A stretch of 64,000 nt of DNA from Eledone cirrhosa. Its lineage: Eukaryota. The notes below the pieces were generated by a model. The model saw only the letters and a program-made list of their open reading frames with translations, searched no databases and was not told where the DNA came from. Both the position numbers and the translations under genes were made by a program. Location of the stretch: contig OZ024744.1 in the NCBI GenBank assembly GCA_964016885.1, forward strand, positions 103,230,001-103,294,000. The letters run 5' to 3'. Positions 28,901-45,300 of the stretch are shown here, piece after piece (positions within the stretch are counted from its first letter, which is position 1; each line of letters opens with the position of its first letter).

Positions 28901-31900
28901 ACATAGAAGAATGTAGTAGTTGTGTATATCACCAACACTAGGTAGGTTATCATGTTTATGACACAGAAGATTGTAGTAGGTGTGTATATCACCAACACTA
29001 GGTAGGTTATCATGTTTATGACACAGAAGAATGTAGTAGGTGTGTATATCACCAACACTAGGTAGGTTATCATGTTTATGACATAGAAGAATGTAGTAGG
29101 TGTGTATATCACCAACACTAGGTAGGTAATCATGTTTATGACATAGAAGAATGTAGATGTGTATATCACCAACACTAGGTAGGTTATCATGTTTATGACA
29201 TAGAAGAATGTAGTAGGTGTGTATATCACCAACACAAGGTAGGTTATCATGTTTATGACACAGAAGAATGTAGTAGGTGTGTATATCACCAACATTAGGT
29301 AGGTTATCATGTTTATGACATAGAAGAATGTAGTAGGTGTGTATATCACCAACACTTGGTAGGTTATCATGTTTATGACATAGAAGAATGTAGTAGGTGT
29401 GTATATCACCAACACTAGGTAGGTTATCATGTTTATGACATAGAAGAATGTAGTAGGTGTGTATATCACCAACACTTGGTAGGTTATCATGTTTATGACA
29501 TAGAAGAATGTAGTAGATGTGTATATCACCAACACTAGGTAGGTTATCATGTTTATGACATAGAAGAATGGAGTAGGTGTGTATATCAACAACACAAGGT
29601 AGGTTATCATGTTTATGACACAGAAGAATGTAGTAGGTGTGTATATCACCAACACTAGGTAGGTTATCATGTTTATGATATAGAAGAATGTAGTAGGTGT
29701 GTATATCACCAACACTAGGTAGGTTATCATGTTCATGACATAGAAGAATGTAGTAGGTGTGTATATCACCAACACTAGGTAGGTTATCATGTTTATGACA
29801 CAGAAGAATGTAGTAGGTGTGTAAATCACCAACACTAGGTAGGTTATCATGTTTATGACATAGAAGAATGTAGTAGGTGTGTATATCACCAACACTAGGT
29901 AGATTATCATGTTTATGACATAGAAGAATGTAGTAGGTGTGTATATCACCAACACTAGGTAGGTTATCATGTTTATGACATAGAAGAATGTAGTAGGTGT
30001 GTATATCACCAACACTAGGTAGGTTATCATGTTTATGACATAGAAGAATGTAGTAGGTGTGTATATCACCAACACTAGGTAGGTTATCATGTTTATGACA
30101 CAGAAGAATATAGTAGGTGTGTATATCACTAACACTAGGTAGGGTATCATGTTTATGACACAGAAGAATGTAGTAGGTGTGTATATCACCAACACTAGGT
30201 AGGTTATCATGTTTATGACACAGAAGAATGTAGTAGGTGTGTATATCACCAACACTAGGTATGTTATCATGTTTATGACATAGAAGAATGTAGTAGGTGT
30301 GTAAATCACCAACACTAGGTAGGTTATCATGTTTATGACACAGAAGAATGTAGTAGGTGTGTATATCACCAACACTAGGTAGGTTATCATGTTTATGACA
30401 TAGAAGAATGTAGTAGGTGTGTATATCACCAACACTAGGTAGGTTATCATGTTTATGACACAGAAGAATGTAGTAGGTGTGTATATCACCAACACTAGGT
30501 AGGTTATCATGTTTATAACATAGAAGAATGTAGTAGGTGTGTATATCACCAACACTAGGTAGGTTATCATGTTCATGACATAGAAGAATGTAGTAGGTGT
30601 GTATATCACCAACACTAGGTAGGTTATCATGTTTATGACACAGAAGAATGTAGTAGGTGTGTAAATCACCAACACTAGGTAGGTTATCATGTTTATGACA
30701 TAGAAGAATGTAGTAGGTGTGTATACCACCAACACTAGGTAGGTTATCATGTTTATGACATAGAAGAATGTAGTAGGTGTGTATATCACCAACACTAGGT
30801 AGGTTATCATGTTTATGACACAGAGGAACGTAGTAGGTGTGTATATCACCAACACTAGGTAGGTTATCATGTTTATGACACAGAAGAATGTAGTAGGTGT
30901 GTATATCACCAACACTAGGTAGGTTAACATGTTTATGACATAGAAGAATGTAGTAGGTGTGTATATCACCAACACTAGGTAGGTTATCATGTCTATGACA
31001 CAGAAGAATGTAGTAGGTGTGTATATCACCAACACTAGGTAGGTTATCATGTTTATGACATAGAAGAATGTAGTAGGTGTGTATATCACCAACACTAGGT
31101 AGGTTATCATGTTTATGACATAGAAGAATGTAGTAGGTGTGTATATCACCAACACTAGGTAGGTTAACATGTTTATGACATAGAAGAATGTAGTAGGTGT
31201 GTATATCACCAACACTAGGTAGGTTATCATGTTTATGACATAGAAGAATGTAGTAGGTGTGTATATATCCAACACTAGGTAGGTTAACATGTTTATGACA
31301 TAGAAGAATGTAGTAGGTGTGTAAATCACCAACACTAGGTAGGTTATCATGTTTAAGACATAGAAGAATGTAGTAGGTGTGTATATCACCAACACTAGGT
31401 AGGTTATCATGTTTATGACATAGAAGAATGTAGTAGGTTAGTATACCACCAACACTAGTTAGGTTATCATGTTTATGACACAGAAGAATGTAGTAGGTGT
31501 GTATATCACCAACACTAGGTAGGTTATCATGTTTATGACATAGAAGAATGTAGTAGGTGTGTAAATCACAAACACTAGGTAGGTTATCATGTTTATGACA
31601 CAGAAGAATATAGTAGGTATGTATATCACCAACACTAGGCAGGTTATCATGTTTATGACATAGAAGAACGTAGTAGGTGTGTATATCACCAACACTAGGT
31701 AGGTTATCATGTTTATGACACAGAGGAACGTAGTAGGTGTGTATATCACCAACACTAGGTAGGTTATCATGTTTATGACACAGAAGAATGTAGTAGTTGT
31801 GTATATCACCAACACTAGGTAGGTTATCATGTTTATGACACAGAAGATTGTAGTAGGTGTGTATATCACCAACACTAGGTAGGTTATCATGTTTATGACA

Positions 31901-32580
31901 CAGAAGAATGTAGTAGGTGTGTATATCACCAACACTAGGTAGGTTATCATGTTTATGACATAGAAGAATGTAGTAGGTGTGTATATCACCAACACTAGGT
32001 AGGTAATCATGTTTATGACATAGAAGAATGTAGTAGATGTGTATATCACCAACACTAGGTAGGTTATCATGTTTATGACATAGAAGAATGTAGTAGGTGT
32101 GTATATCACCAACACAAGGTAGGTTATCATGTTTATGACACAGAAGAATGTAGTAGGTGTGTATATCACCAACATTAGGTAGGTTATCATGTTTATGACA
32201 TAGAAGAATGTAGTAGGTGTGTATATCACCAACACTTGGTAGGTTATCATGTTTATGACATAGAAGAATGTAGTAGGTGTGTATATCACCAACACTAGGT
32301 AGGTTATCATGTTTATGACATAGAAGAATGTAGTAGGTGTGTATATCACCAACACTTGGTAGGTTATCATGTTTATGACATAGAAGAATGTAGTAGATGT
32401 GTATATCACCAACACTAGGTAGGTTATCATGTTTATGACATAGAAGAATGGAGTAGGTGTGTATATCAACAACACAAGGTAGGTTATCATGTTTATGACA
32501 CAGAAGAATGTAGTAGGTGTGTATATCACCAACACTAGGTAGGTTATCATGTTTATGATATAGAAGAATGTAGTAGGTGT

Positions 32581-34260
32581 GTATATCACCAACACTAGGT
32601 AGGTTATCATGTTCATGACATAGAAGAATGTAGTAGGTGTGTATATCACCAACACTAGGTAGGTTATCATGTTTATGACACAGAAGAATGTAGTAGGTGT
32701 GTAAATCACCAACACTAGGTAGGTTATCATGTTTATGACATAGAAGAATGTAGTAGGTGTGTATATCACCAACACTAGGTAGATTATCATGTTTATGACA
32801 TAGAAGAATGTAGTAGGTGTGTATATCACCAACACTAGGTAGGTTATCATGTTTATGACATAGAAGAATGTAGTAGGTGTGTATATCACCAACACTAGGT
32901 AGGTTATCATGTTTATGACATAGAAGAATGTAGTAGGTGTGTATATCACCAACACTAGGTAGGTTATCATGTTTATGACACAGAAGAATATAGTAGGTGT
33001 GTATATCACTAACACTAGGTAGGGTATCATGTTTATGACACAGAAGAATGTAGTAGGTGTGTATATCACCAACACTAGGTAGGTTATCATGTTTATGACA
33101 CAGAAGAATGTAGTAGGTGTGTATATCACCAACACTAGGTATGTTATCATGTTTATGACATAGAAGAATGTAGTAGGTGTGTAAATCACCAACACTAGGT
33201 AGGTTATCATGTTTATGACACAGAAGAATGTAGTAGGTGTGTATATCACCAACACTAGGTAGGTTATCATGTTTATGACATAGAAGAATGTAGTAGGTGT
33301 GTATATCACCAACACTAGGTAGGTTATCATGTTTATGACACAGAAGAATGTAGTAGGTGTGTATATCACCAACACTAGGTAGGTTATCATGTTTATAACA
33401 TAGAAGAATGTAGTAGGTGTGTATATCACCAACACTAGGTAGGTTATCATGTTCATGACATAGAAGAATGTAGTAGGTGTGTATATCACCAACACTAGGT
33501 AGGTTATCATGTTTATGACACAGAAGAATGTAGTAGGTGTGTAAATCACCAACACTAGGTAGGTTATCATGTTTATGACATAGAAGAATGTAGTAGGTGT
33601 GTATATCACCAACACTAGGTAGATTATCATGTTTATGACATAGAAGAATGTAGTAGGTGTGTATATCACCAACACTAGGTAGGTTATCATGTTTATGACA
33701 TAGAAGAATGTAGTAGGTGTGTATATCACCAACACTAGGTAGGTTATCATGTTTATGACATAGAAGAATGTAGTAGGTGTGTATATCACCAACACTAGGT
33801 AGGTTATCATGTTTATGACACAGAAGAATATAGTAGGTGTGTATATCACTAACACTAGGTAGGGTATCATGTTTATGACACAGAAGAATGTAGTAGGTGT
33901 GTATATCACCAACACTAGGTAGGTTATCATGTTTATGACACAGAAGAATGTAGTAGGTGTGTATATCACCAACACTAGGTATGTTATCATGTTTATGACA
34001 TAGAAGAATGTAGTAGGTGTGTAAATCACCAACACTAGGTAGGTTATCATGTTTATGACACAGAAGAATGTAGTAGGTGTGTATATCACCAACACTAGGT
34101 AGGTTATCATGTTTATGACATAGAAGAATGTAGTAGGTGTGTATATCACCAACACTAGGTAGGTTATCATGTTTATGACACAGAAGAATGTAGTAGGTGT
34201 GTATATCACCAACACTAGGTAGGTTATCATGTTTATAACATAGAAGAATGTAGTAGGTGT
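32581..34260. repeat. Higher-order tandem duplication, 14 monomers (840 bp) x2
   Basis: Variants recur at +840 in lines 32581/33421 (ttcatg), 33001/33841 (cact+agggta), 33121/33961 (atgtta) and 33361/34201 (ttataa). Confidence 0.85.
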
Positions 34261-37200
34261 GTATATCACCAACACTAGGTAGGTTATCATGTTTATGACA
34301 CAGAAGAATGTAGTAGGTGTGTATATCACCAACACTAGGTAGGTTATCATGTTTATGACACAGAAGAATGTAGTAGGTGTGTATATCACCAACACTAGGT
34401 AGGTTATCATGTTTATGACATAGAAGAATGTAGTAGGTGTGTATACCACCAACACTAGGTAGGTTATCATGTTTATGACATAGAAGAATGTAGTAGGTGT
34501 GTATATCACCAACACTAGGTAGGTTATCATGTTTATGACACAGAGGAACGTAGTAGGTGTGTATATCACCAACACTAGGTAGGTTATCATGTTTATGACA
34601 CAGAAGAATGTAGTAGGTGTGTATATCACCAACACTAGGTAGGTTATCATGTTTATGACATAGAAGAATGTAGTAGGTGTGTATATCACCAACACTAGGT
34701 AGGTTAACATGTTTATGACATTGAAGAATGTAGTAGGTGTGTATATCACCAACACTAGGTAGGTTATCATGTTTATGACACAGAAGAATGTAGTAGGTGT
34801 GTATATCACCAACACTAGGTAGGTTATCATGTTTATGACATAGAAGAATGTAGTAGGTGTGTATATCACCAACACTAGGTAGGTTATCATGTTTATGACA
34901 TAGAAGAATGTAGTAGGTGTGTAAATCACCAACACTAGGTAGGTTATCATGTTTAAGACATAGAAGAATGTAGTAGGTGTGTATATCACCAACACTAGGT
35001 AGGTTATCATGTTTATGACATAGAAGAATGTAGTAGGTGTGTATACCACCAACACTAGGTAGGTTATCATGTTTATGACACAGAAGAATGTAGTAGGTGT
35101 GTATATCACCAACACTAGGTAGGTTATCATGTTTATGACATAGAAGAATGTAGTAGGTGTGTAAATCACTAACACTAGGTAGGTTATCATGTTTATGACA
35201 CAGAAGAATATAGTAGGTATGTATATCACCAACACTAGGCAGGTTATCATGTTTATGACATAGAAGAATGTAGTAGGTGTGTATATCACCAACACTAGGT
35301 AGGTTATCATGTTTATGACACAGAGGAACGTAGTAGGTGTGTATATCACCAACACTAGGTAGGTTATCATGTTTATGACACAGAAGAATGTAGTAGTTGT
35401 GTATATCACCAACACTAGGTAGGTTATCATGTTTATGACACAGAAGATTGTAGTAGGTGTGTATATCACCAACACTAGGTAGGTTATCATGTTTATGACA
35501 CAGAAGAATGTAGTAGGTGTGTATATCACCAACACTAGGTAGGTTATCATGTTTATGACATAGAAGAATGTAGTAGGTGTGTATATCACCAACACTAGGT
35601 AGGTTATCATGTTTATGACATAGAAGAATGTAGTAGTTGTGTATATCACCAACACTAGGTAGGTTATCATGTTTATGACACAGAAGATTGTAGTAGGTGT
35701 GTATATCACCAACACTAGGTAGGTTATCATGTTTATGACACAGAAGAATGTAGTAGGTGTGTATATCACCAACACTAGGTAGGTTATCATGTTTATGACA
35801 TAGAAGAATGTAGTAGGTGTGTATATCACCAACACTAGGTAGGTAATCATGTTTATGACATAGAAGAATGTAGTAGATGTGTATATCACCAACACTAGGT
35901 AGGTTATCATGTTTATGACATAGAAGAATGTAGTAGGTGTGTATATCACCAACACAAGGTAGGTTATCATGTTTATGACACAGAAGAATGTAGTAGGTGT
36001 GTATATCACCAACACTAGGTAGGTTATCATGTTTATGACATAGAAGAATGTAGTAGGTGTGTATATCACCAACACTAGGTAGGTTATCATGTTTATGACA
36101 TAGAAAAATGTAGTAGGTGTGTATATCACCAACACTAGGTAGGTTATCATGTTTATGACATAGAAGAATGTAGTAGGTGTGTATATCACCAACACTAGGT
36201 AGGTTAACATGTTTATGACATAGAAGAATGTAGTAGGTGTGTATATCACCAACACTAGGTAGGTTATCATGTTTATGACATAGAAGAATGTAGTAGGTGT
36301 GTATATATCCAACACTAGGTAGGTTAACATGTTTATGACATAGAAGAATGTAGTAGGTGTGTAAATCACCAACACTAGGTAGGTTATCATGTTTAAGACA
36401 TAGAAGAATGTAGTAGGTGTGTATATCACCAACACTAGGTAGGTTATCATGTTTATGACATAGAAGAATGTAGTAGGTATGTATACCACCAACACTAGGT
36501 AGGTTATCATGTTTATGACACAGAAGAATGTAGTAGGTGTGTATATCACCAACACTAGGTAGGTTATCATGTTTATGACATAGAAGAATGTAGTAGGTGT
36601 GTAAATCACTAACACTAGGTAGGTTATCATGTTTATGACACAGAGGAATATAGTAGGTATGTATATCACCAACACTAGGCAGGTTATCATGTTTATGACA
36701 TAGAAGAATGTAGTAGGTGTGTATATCACCAACACTAGGTAGGTTATCATGTTTATGACACAGAGGAACGTAGTAGGTGTGTATATCACCAACACTAGGT
36801 AGGTTATCATGTTTATGACACAGAAGAATGTAGTAGTTGTGTATATCACCAACACTAGGTAGGTTATCATGTTTATGACACAGAAGATTGTAGTAGGTGT
36901 GTATATCACCAACACTAGGTAGGTTATCATGTTTATGACACAGAAGAATGTAGTAGGTGTGTATATCACCAACACTAGGTAGGTTATCATGTTTATGACA
37001 TAGAAGAATGTAGTAGGTGTGTATATCACCAACACTAGGTAGGTTATCATGTTTATGACATAGAAGAATGTAGTAGTTGTGTATATCACCAACACTAGGT
37101 AGGTTATCATGTTTATGACACAGAAGATTGTAGTAGGTGTGTATATCACCAACACTAGGTAGGTTATCATGTTTATGACACAGAAGAATGTAGTAGGTGT

Positions 37201-40200
37201 GTATATCACCAACACTAGGTAGGTTATCATGTTTATGACATAGAAGAATGTAGTAGGTGTGTATATCACCAACACTAGGTAGGTAATCATGTTTATGACA
37301 TAGAAGAATGTAGTAGATGTGTATATCACCAACACTAGGTAGGTTATCATGTTTATGACATAGAAGAATGTAGTAGGTGTGTATATCACCAACACAAGGT
37401 AGGTTATCATGTTTATGACACAGAAGAATGTAGTAGGTGTGTATATCACCAACACTAGGTAGGTTATCATGTTTATGACATAGAAGAATGTAGTAGGTGT
37501 GTATATCACCAACACTAGGTAGGTTATCATGTTTATGACATAGAAGAATGTAGTAGGTGTGTATATCACCAACACTAGGTAGGTAATCATGTTTATGACA
37601 TAGAAGAATGTAGTAGATGTGTATATCACCAACACTAGGTAGGTTATCATGTTTATGACATAGAAGAATGTAGTAGGTGTGTATATCACCAACACAAGGT
37701 AGGTTATCATGTTTATGACACAGAAGAATGTAGTAGGTGTGTATATCACCAACACTAGGTAGGTTATCATGTTTATGACATAGAAGAATGTAGTAGGTGT
37801 GTATATCACCAACACTTGGTAGGTTATCATGTTTATGACATAGAAGAATGTAGTAGGTGTGTATATCACCAACACTAGGTAGGTTATCATGTTTATGACA
37901 TAGAAGAATGTAGTAGGTGTGTATATCACCAACACTTGGTAGGTTATCATGTTTATGACATAGAAGAATGTAGTAGATGTGTATATCACCAACACTAGGT
38001 AGGTTATCATGTTTATGACATAGAAGAATGGAGTAGGTGTGTATATCAACAACACAAGGTAGGTTATCATGTTTATGACACAGAAGAATGTAGTAGGTGT
38101 GTATATCACCAACACTAGGTAGGTTATCATGTTTATGATATAGAAGAATGTAGTAGGTGTGTATATCACCAACACTAGGTAGGTTATCATGTTCATGACA
38201 TAGAAGAATGTAGTAGGTGTGTATATCACCAACACTAGGTAGGTTATCATGTTTATGACACAGAAGAATGTAGTAGGTGTGTAAATCACCAACACTAGGT
38301 AGGTTATCATGTTTATGACATAGAAGAATGTAGTAGGTGTGTATATCACCAACACTAGGTAGATTATCATGTTTATGACATAGAAGAATGTAGTAGGTGT
38401 GTATATCACCAACACTAGGTAGGTTATCATGTTTATGACATAGAAGAATGTAGTAGGTGTGTATATCACCAACACTAGGTAGGTTATCATGTTTATGACA
38501 CAGAAGAATATAGTAGGTGTGTATATCACTAACACTAGGTAGGTTATCATGTTTATGACACAGAAGAATGTAGTAGGTGTGTATATCACCAACACTAGGT
38601 AGGTTATCATGTTTATGACACAGAAGAATGTAGTAGGTGTGTATATCACCAACACTAGGTAGGTTATCATGTTTATGACACAGAAGAATGTAGTAGGTGT
38701 GTATATCACCAACACTAGGTAGGTTATCATGTTTATGACACAGAAGAATGTAGTAGGTGTGTATATCACCAACACTAGGTATGTTATCATGTTTATGACA
38801 TAGAAGAATGTAGTAGGTGTGTAAATCACCAACACTAGGTAGGTTATCATGTTTATGACACAGAAGAATGTAGTAGGTGTGTATATCACCAACACTAGGT
38901 AGGTTATCATGTTTATGACATAGAAGAATGTAGTAGGTGTGTATATCACCAACACTAGGTAGGTTATCATGTTTATGACACAGAAGAATGTAGTAGGTGT
39001 GTATATCACCAACACTAGGTAGGTTATCATGTTTATAACATAGAAGAATGTAGTAGGTGTGTATATCACCAACACTAGGTAGGTTATCATGTTTATGACA
39101 CAGAAGAATGTAGTAGGTGTGTATATCACCAACACTAGGTAGGTTATCATGTTTATGACACAGAAGAATGTAGTAGGTGTGTATATCACCAACACTAGGT
39201 AGGTTATCATGTTTATGACATAGAAGAATGTAGTAGGTGTGTATACCACCAACACTAGGTAGGTTATCATGTTTATGACATAGAAGAATGTAGTAGGTGT
39301 GTATATCACCAACACTAGGTAGGTTATCATGTTTATGACACAGAGGAACGTAGTAGGTGTGTATATCACCAACACTAGGTAGGTTATCATGTTTATGACA
39401 CAGAAGAATGTAGTAGGTGTGTATATCACCAACACTAGGTAGGTTATCATGTTTATGACATAGAAGAATGTAGTAGGTGTGTATATCACCAACACTAGGT
39501 AGGTTAACATGTTTATGACATAGAAGAATGTAGTAGGTGTGTATATCACCAACACTAGGTAGGTTATCATGTTTATGACACAGAAGAATGTAGTAGGTGT
39601 GTATATCACCAACACTAGGTAGGTTATCATGTTTATGACATAGAAGAATGTAGTAGGTGTGTATATCACCAACACTAGGTAGGTTATCATGTTTATGACA
39701 TAGAAGAATGTAGTAGGTGTGTAAATCACCAACACTAGGTAGGTTATCATGTTTAAGACATAGAAGAATGTAGTAGGTGTGTATATCACCAACACTAGGT
39801 AGGTTATCATGTTTATGACATAGAAGAATGTAGTAGGTGTGTATACCACCAACACTAGGTAGGTTATCATGTTTATGACACAGAAGAATGTAGTAGGTGT
39901 GTATATCACCAACACTAGGTAGGTTATCATGTTTATGACATAGAAGAATGTAGTAGGTGTGTAAATCACTAACACTAGGTAGGTTATCATGTTTATGACA
40001 CAGAAGAATATAGTAGGTATGTATATCACCAACACTAGGCAGGTTATCATGTTTATGACATAGAAGAATGTAGTAGGTGTGTATATCACCAACACTAGGT
40101 AGGTTATCATGTTTATGACACAGAGGAACGTAGTAGGTGTGTATATCACCAACACTAGGTAGGTTATCATGTTTATGACACAGAAGAATGTAGTAGTTGT

Positions 40201-43200
40201 GTATATCACCAACACTAGGTAGGTTATCATGTTTATGACACAGAAGATTGTAGTAGGTGTGTATATCACCAACACTAGGTAGGTTATCATGTTTATGACA
40301 CAGAAGAATGTAGTAGGTGTGTATATCACCAACACTAGGTAGGTTATCATGTTTATGACATAGAAGAATGTAGTAGGTGTGTATATCACCAACACTAGGT
40401 AGGTTATCATGTTTATGACATAGAAGAATGTAGTAGTTGTGTATATCACCAACACTAGGTAGGTTATCATGTTTATGACACAGAAGATTGTAGTAGGTGT
40501 GTATATCACCAACACTAGGTAGGTTATCATGTTTATGACATAGAAGAATGTAGTAGGTGTGTATATCACCAACACAAGGTAGGTTATCATGTTTATGACA
40601 CAGAAGAATGTAGTAGGTGTGTATATCACCAACACTAGGTAGGTTATCATGTTTATGACATAGAAGAATGTAGTAGGTGTGTATATCACCAACACTTGGT
40701 AGGTTATCATGTTTATGACATAGAAGAATGTAGTAGGTGTGTATATCACCAACACTAGGTAGGTTATCATGTTTATGACATAGAAGAATGTAGTAGGTGT
40801 GTATATCACCAACACTTGGTAGGTTATCATGTTTATGACATAGAAGAATGTAGTAGATGTGTATATCACCAACACTAGGTAGGTTATCATGTTTATGACA
40901 TAGAAGAATGGAGTAGGTGTGTATATCAACAACACAAGGTAGGTTATCATGTTTATGACACAGAAGAATGTAGTAGGTGTGTATATCACCAACACTAGGT
41001 AGGTTATCATGTTTATGATATAGAAGAATGTAGTAGGTGTGTATATCACCAACACTAGGTAGGTTATCATGTTCATGACATAGAAGAATGTAGTAGGTGT
41101 GTATATCACCAACACTAGGTAGGTTATCATGTTTATGACACAGAAGAATGTAGTAGGTGTGTAAATCACCAACACTAGGTAGGTTATCATGTTTATGACA
41201 TAGAAGAATGTAGTAGGTGTGTATATCACCAACACTAGGTAGATTATCATGTTTATGACATAGAAGAATGTAGTAGGTGTGTATATCACCAACACTAGGT
41301 AGGTTATCATGTTTATGACATAGAAGAATGTAGTAGGTGTGTATATCACCAACACTAGGTAGGTTATCATGTTTATGACACAGAAGAATATAGTAGGTGT
41401 GTATATCACTAACACTAGGTAGGTTATCATGTTTATGACACAGAAGAATGTAGTAGGTGTGTATATCACCAACACTAGGTAGGTTATCATGTTTATGACA
41501 CAGAAGAATGTAGTAGGTGTGTATATCACCAACACTAGGTAGGTTATCATGTTTATGACACAGAAGAATGTAGTAGGTGTGTATATCACCAACACTAGGT
41601 AGGTTATCATGTTTATGACACAGAAGAATGTAGTAGGTGTGTATATCACCAACACTAGGTATGTTATCATGTTTATGACATAGAAGAATGTAGTAGGTGT
41701 GTAAATCACCAACACTAGGTAGGTTATCATGTTTATGACACAGAGGAACGTAGTAGGTGTGTATATCACCAACACTAGGTAGGTTATCATGTTTATGACA
41801 CAGAAGAATGTAGTAGGTGTGTATATCACCAACACTAGGTAGGTTATCATGTTTATGACATAGAAGAATGTAGTAGGTGTGTATATCACCAACACTAGGT
41901 AGGTTAACATGTTTATGACATAGAAGAATGTAGTAGGTGTGTATATCACCAACACTAGGTAGGTTATCATGTTTATGACACAGAAGAATGTAGTAGGTGT
42001 GTATATCACCAACACTAGGTAGGTTATCATGTTTATGACATAGAAGAATGTAGTAGGTGTGTATATCACCAACACTAGGTAGGTTATCATGTTTATGACA
42101 TAGAAGAATGTAGTAGGTGTGTAAATCACCAACACTAGGTAGGTTATCATGTTTAAGACATAGAAGAATGTAGTAGGTGTGTATATCACCAACACTAGGT
42201 AGGTTATCATGTTTATGACATAGAAGAATGTAGTAGGTGTGTATACCACCAACACTAGGTAGGTTATCATGTTTATGACACAGAAGAATGTAGTAGGTGT
42301 GTATATCACCAACACTAGGTAGGTTATCATGTTTATGACATAGAAGAATGTAGTAGGTGTGTAAATCACTAACACTAGGTAGGTTATCATGTTTATGACA
42401 CAGAAGAATATAGTAGGTATGTATATCACCAACACTAGGCAGGTTATCATGTTTATGACATAGAAGAATGTAGTAGGTGTGTATATCACCAACACTAGGT
42501 AGGTTATCATGTTTATGACACAGAGGAACGTAGTAGGTGTGTATATCACCAACACTAGGTAGGTTATCATGTTTATGACACAGAAGAATGTAGTAGTTGT
42601 GTATATCACCAACACTAGGTAGGTTATCATGTTTATGACACAGAAGATTGTAGTAGGTGTGTATATCACCAACACTAGGTAGGTTATCATGTTTATGACA
42701 CAGAAGAATGTAGTAGGTGTGTATATCACCAACACTAGGTAGGTTATCATGTTTATGACATAGAAGAATGTAGTAGGTGTGTATATCACCAACACTAGGT
42801 AGGTTATCATGTTTATGACATAGAAGAATGTAGTAGTTGTGTATATCACCAACACTAGGTAGGTTATCATGTTTATGACACAGAAGATTGTAGTAGGTGT
42901 GTATATCACCAACACTAGGTAGGTTATCATGTTTATGACACAGAAGAATGTAGTAGGTGTGTATATCACCAACAGTAGGTAGGTTATCATGTTTATGACA
43001 TAGAAGAATGTAGTAGGTGTGTATATCACCAACACTAGGTAGGTAATCATGTTTATGACATAGAAGAATGTAGTAGATGTGTATATCACCAACACTAGGT
43101 AGGTTATCATGTTTATGACATAGAAGAATGTAGTAGGTGTGTATATCACCAACACAAGGTAGGTTATCATGTTTATGACACAGAAGAATGTAGTAGGTGT

Positions 43201-45300
43201 GTATATCACCAACACTAGGTAGGTTATCATGTTTATGACATAGAAGAATGTAGTAGGTGTGTATATCACCAACACTAGGTAGGTTATCATGTTTATGACA
43301 TAGAAAAATGTAGTAGGTGTGTATATCACCAACACTTGGTAGGTTATCATGTTTATGACATAGAAGAATGTAGTAGGTGTGTATATCACCAACACTTGGT
43401 AGGTTATCATGTTTATGACATAGAAGAATGTAGTAGATGTGTATATCACCAACACTAGGTAGGTTATCATGTTTATGACATAGAAGAATGGAGTAGGTGT
43501 GTATATCAACAACACAAGGTAGGTTATCATGTTTATGACACAGAAGAATGTAGTAGGTGTGTATATCACCAACACTAGGTAGGTTATCATGTTTATGATA
43601 TAGAAGAATGTAGTAGGTGTGTATATCACCAACACTAGGTAGGTTATCATGTTCATGACATAGAAGAATGTAGTAGGTGTGTATATCACCAACACTAGGT
43701 AGGTTATCATGTTTATGACACAGAAGAATGTAGTAGGTGTGTAAATCACCAACACTAGGTAGGTTATCATGTTTATGACATAGAAGAATGTAGTAGGTGT
43801 GTATATCACCAACACTAGGTAGATTATCATGTTTATGACATAGAAGAATGTAGTAGGTGTGTATATCACCAACACTAGGTAGGTTATCATGTTTATGACA
43901 TAGAAGAATGTAGTAGGTGTGTATATCACCAACACTAGGTAGGTTATCATGTTTATGACATAGAAGAATGTAGTAGGTGTGTATATCACCAACACTAGGT
44001 AGGTTATCATGTTTATGACACAGAAGAATATAGTAGGTGTGTATATCACTAACACTAGGTAGGGTATCATGTTTATGACACAGAAGAATGTAGTAGGTGT
44101 GTATATCACCAACACTAGGTAGGTTATCATGTTTATGACACAGAAGAATGTAGTAGGTGTGTATATCACCAACACTAGGTATGTTATCATGTTTATGACA
44201 TAGAAGAATGTAGTAGGTGTGTAAATCACCAACACTAGGTAGGTTATCATGTTTATGACACAGAAGAATGTAGTAGGTGTGTATATCACCAACACTAGGT
44301 AGGTTATCATGTTTATGACATAGAAGAATGTAGTAGGTGTGTATATCACCAACACTAGGTAGGTTATCATGTTTATGACACAGAAGAATGTAGTAGGTGT
44401 GTATATCACCAACACTAGGTAGGTTATCATGTTTATAACATAGAAGAATGTAGTAGGTGTGTATATCACCAACACTAGGTAGGTTATCATGTTTATGACA
44501 CAGAAGAATGTAGTAGGTGTGTATATCACCAACACTAGGTAGGTTATCATGTTTATGACACAGAAGAATGTAGTAGGTGTGTATATCACCAACACTAGGT
44601 AGGTTATCATGTTTATGACATAGAAGAATGTAGTAGGTGTGTATACCACCAACACTAGGTAGGTTATCATGTTTATGACATAGAAGAATGTAGTAGGTGT
44701 GTATATCACCAACACTAGGTAGGTTATCATGTTTATGACACAGAGGAACGTAGTAGGTGTGTATATCACCAACACTAGGTAGGTTATCATGTTTATGACA
44801 CAGAAGAATGTAGTAGGTGTGTATATCACCAACACTAGGTAGGTTATCATGTTTATGACATAGAAGAATGTAGTAGGTGTGTATATCACCAACACTAGGT
44901 AGGTTAACATGTTTATGACATAGAAGAATGTAGTAGGTGTGTATATCACCAACACTAGGTAGGTTATCATGTTTATGACACAGAAGAATGTAGTAGGTGT
45001 GTATATCACCAACACTAGGTAGGTTATCATGTTTATGACATAGAAGAATGTAGTAGGTGTGTATATCACCAACACTAGGTAGGTTATCATGTTTATGACA
45101 CAGACGAATGTAGTAGGTGTGTATATCACCAACACTAGGTAGGTTATCATGTTTATGACATAGAAGAATGTAGTAGGTGTGTATATCACCAACACTAGGT
45201 AGGTTATCATGTTTATGACATAGAAGAATGTAGTAGGTGTGTAAATCACCAACACTAGGTAGGTTATCATGTTTATGACATAGAAGAATGTAGTAGTTGT

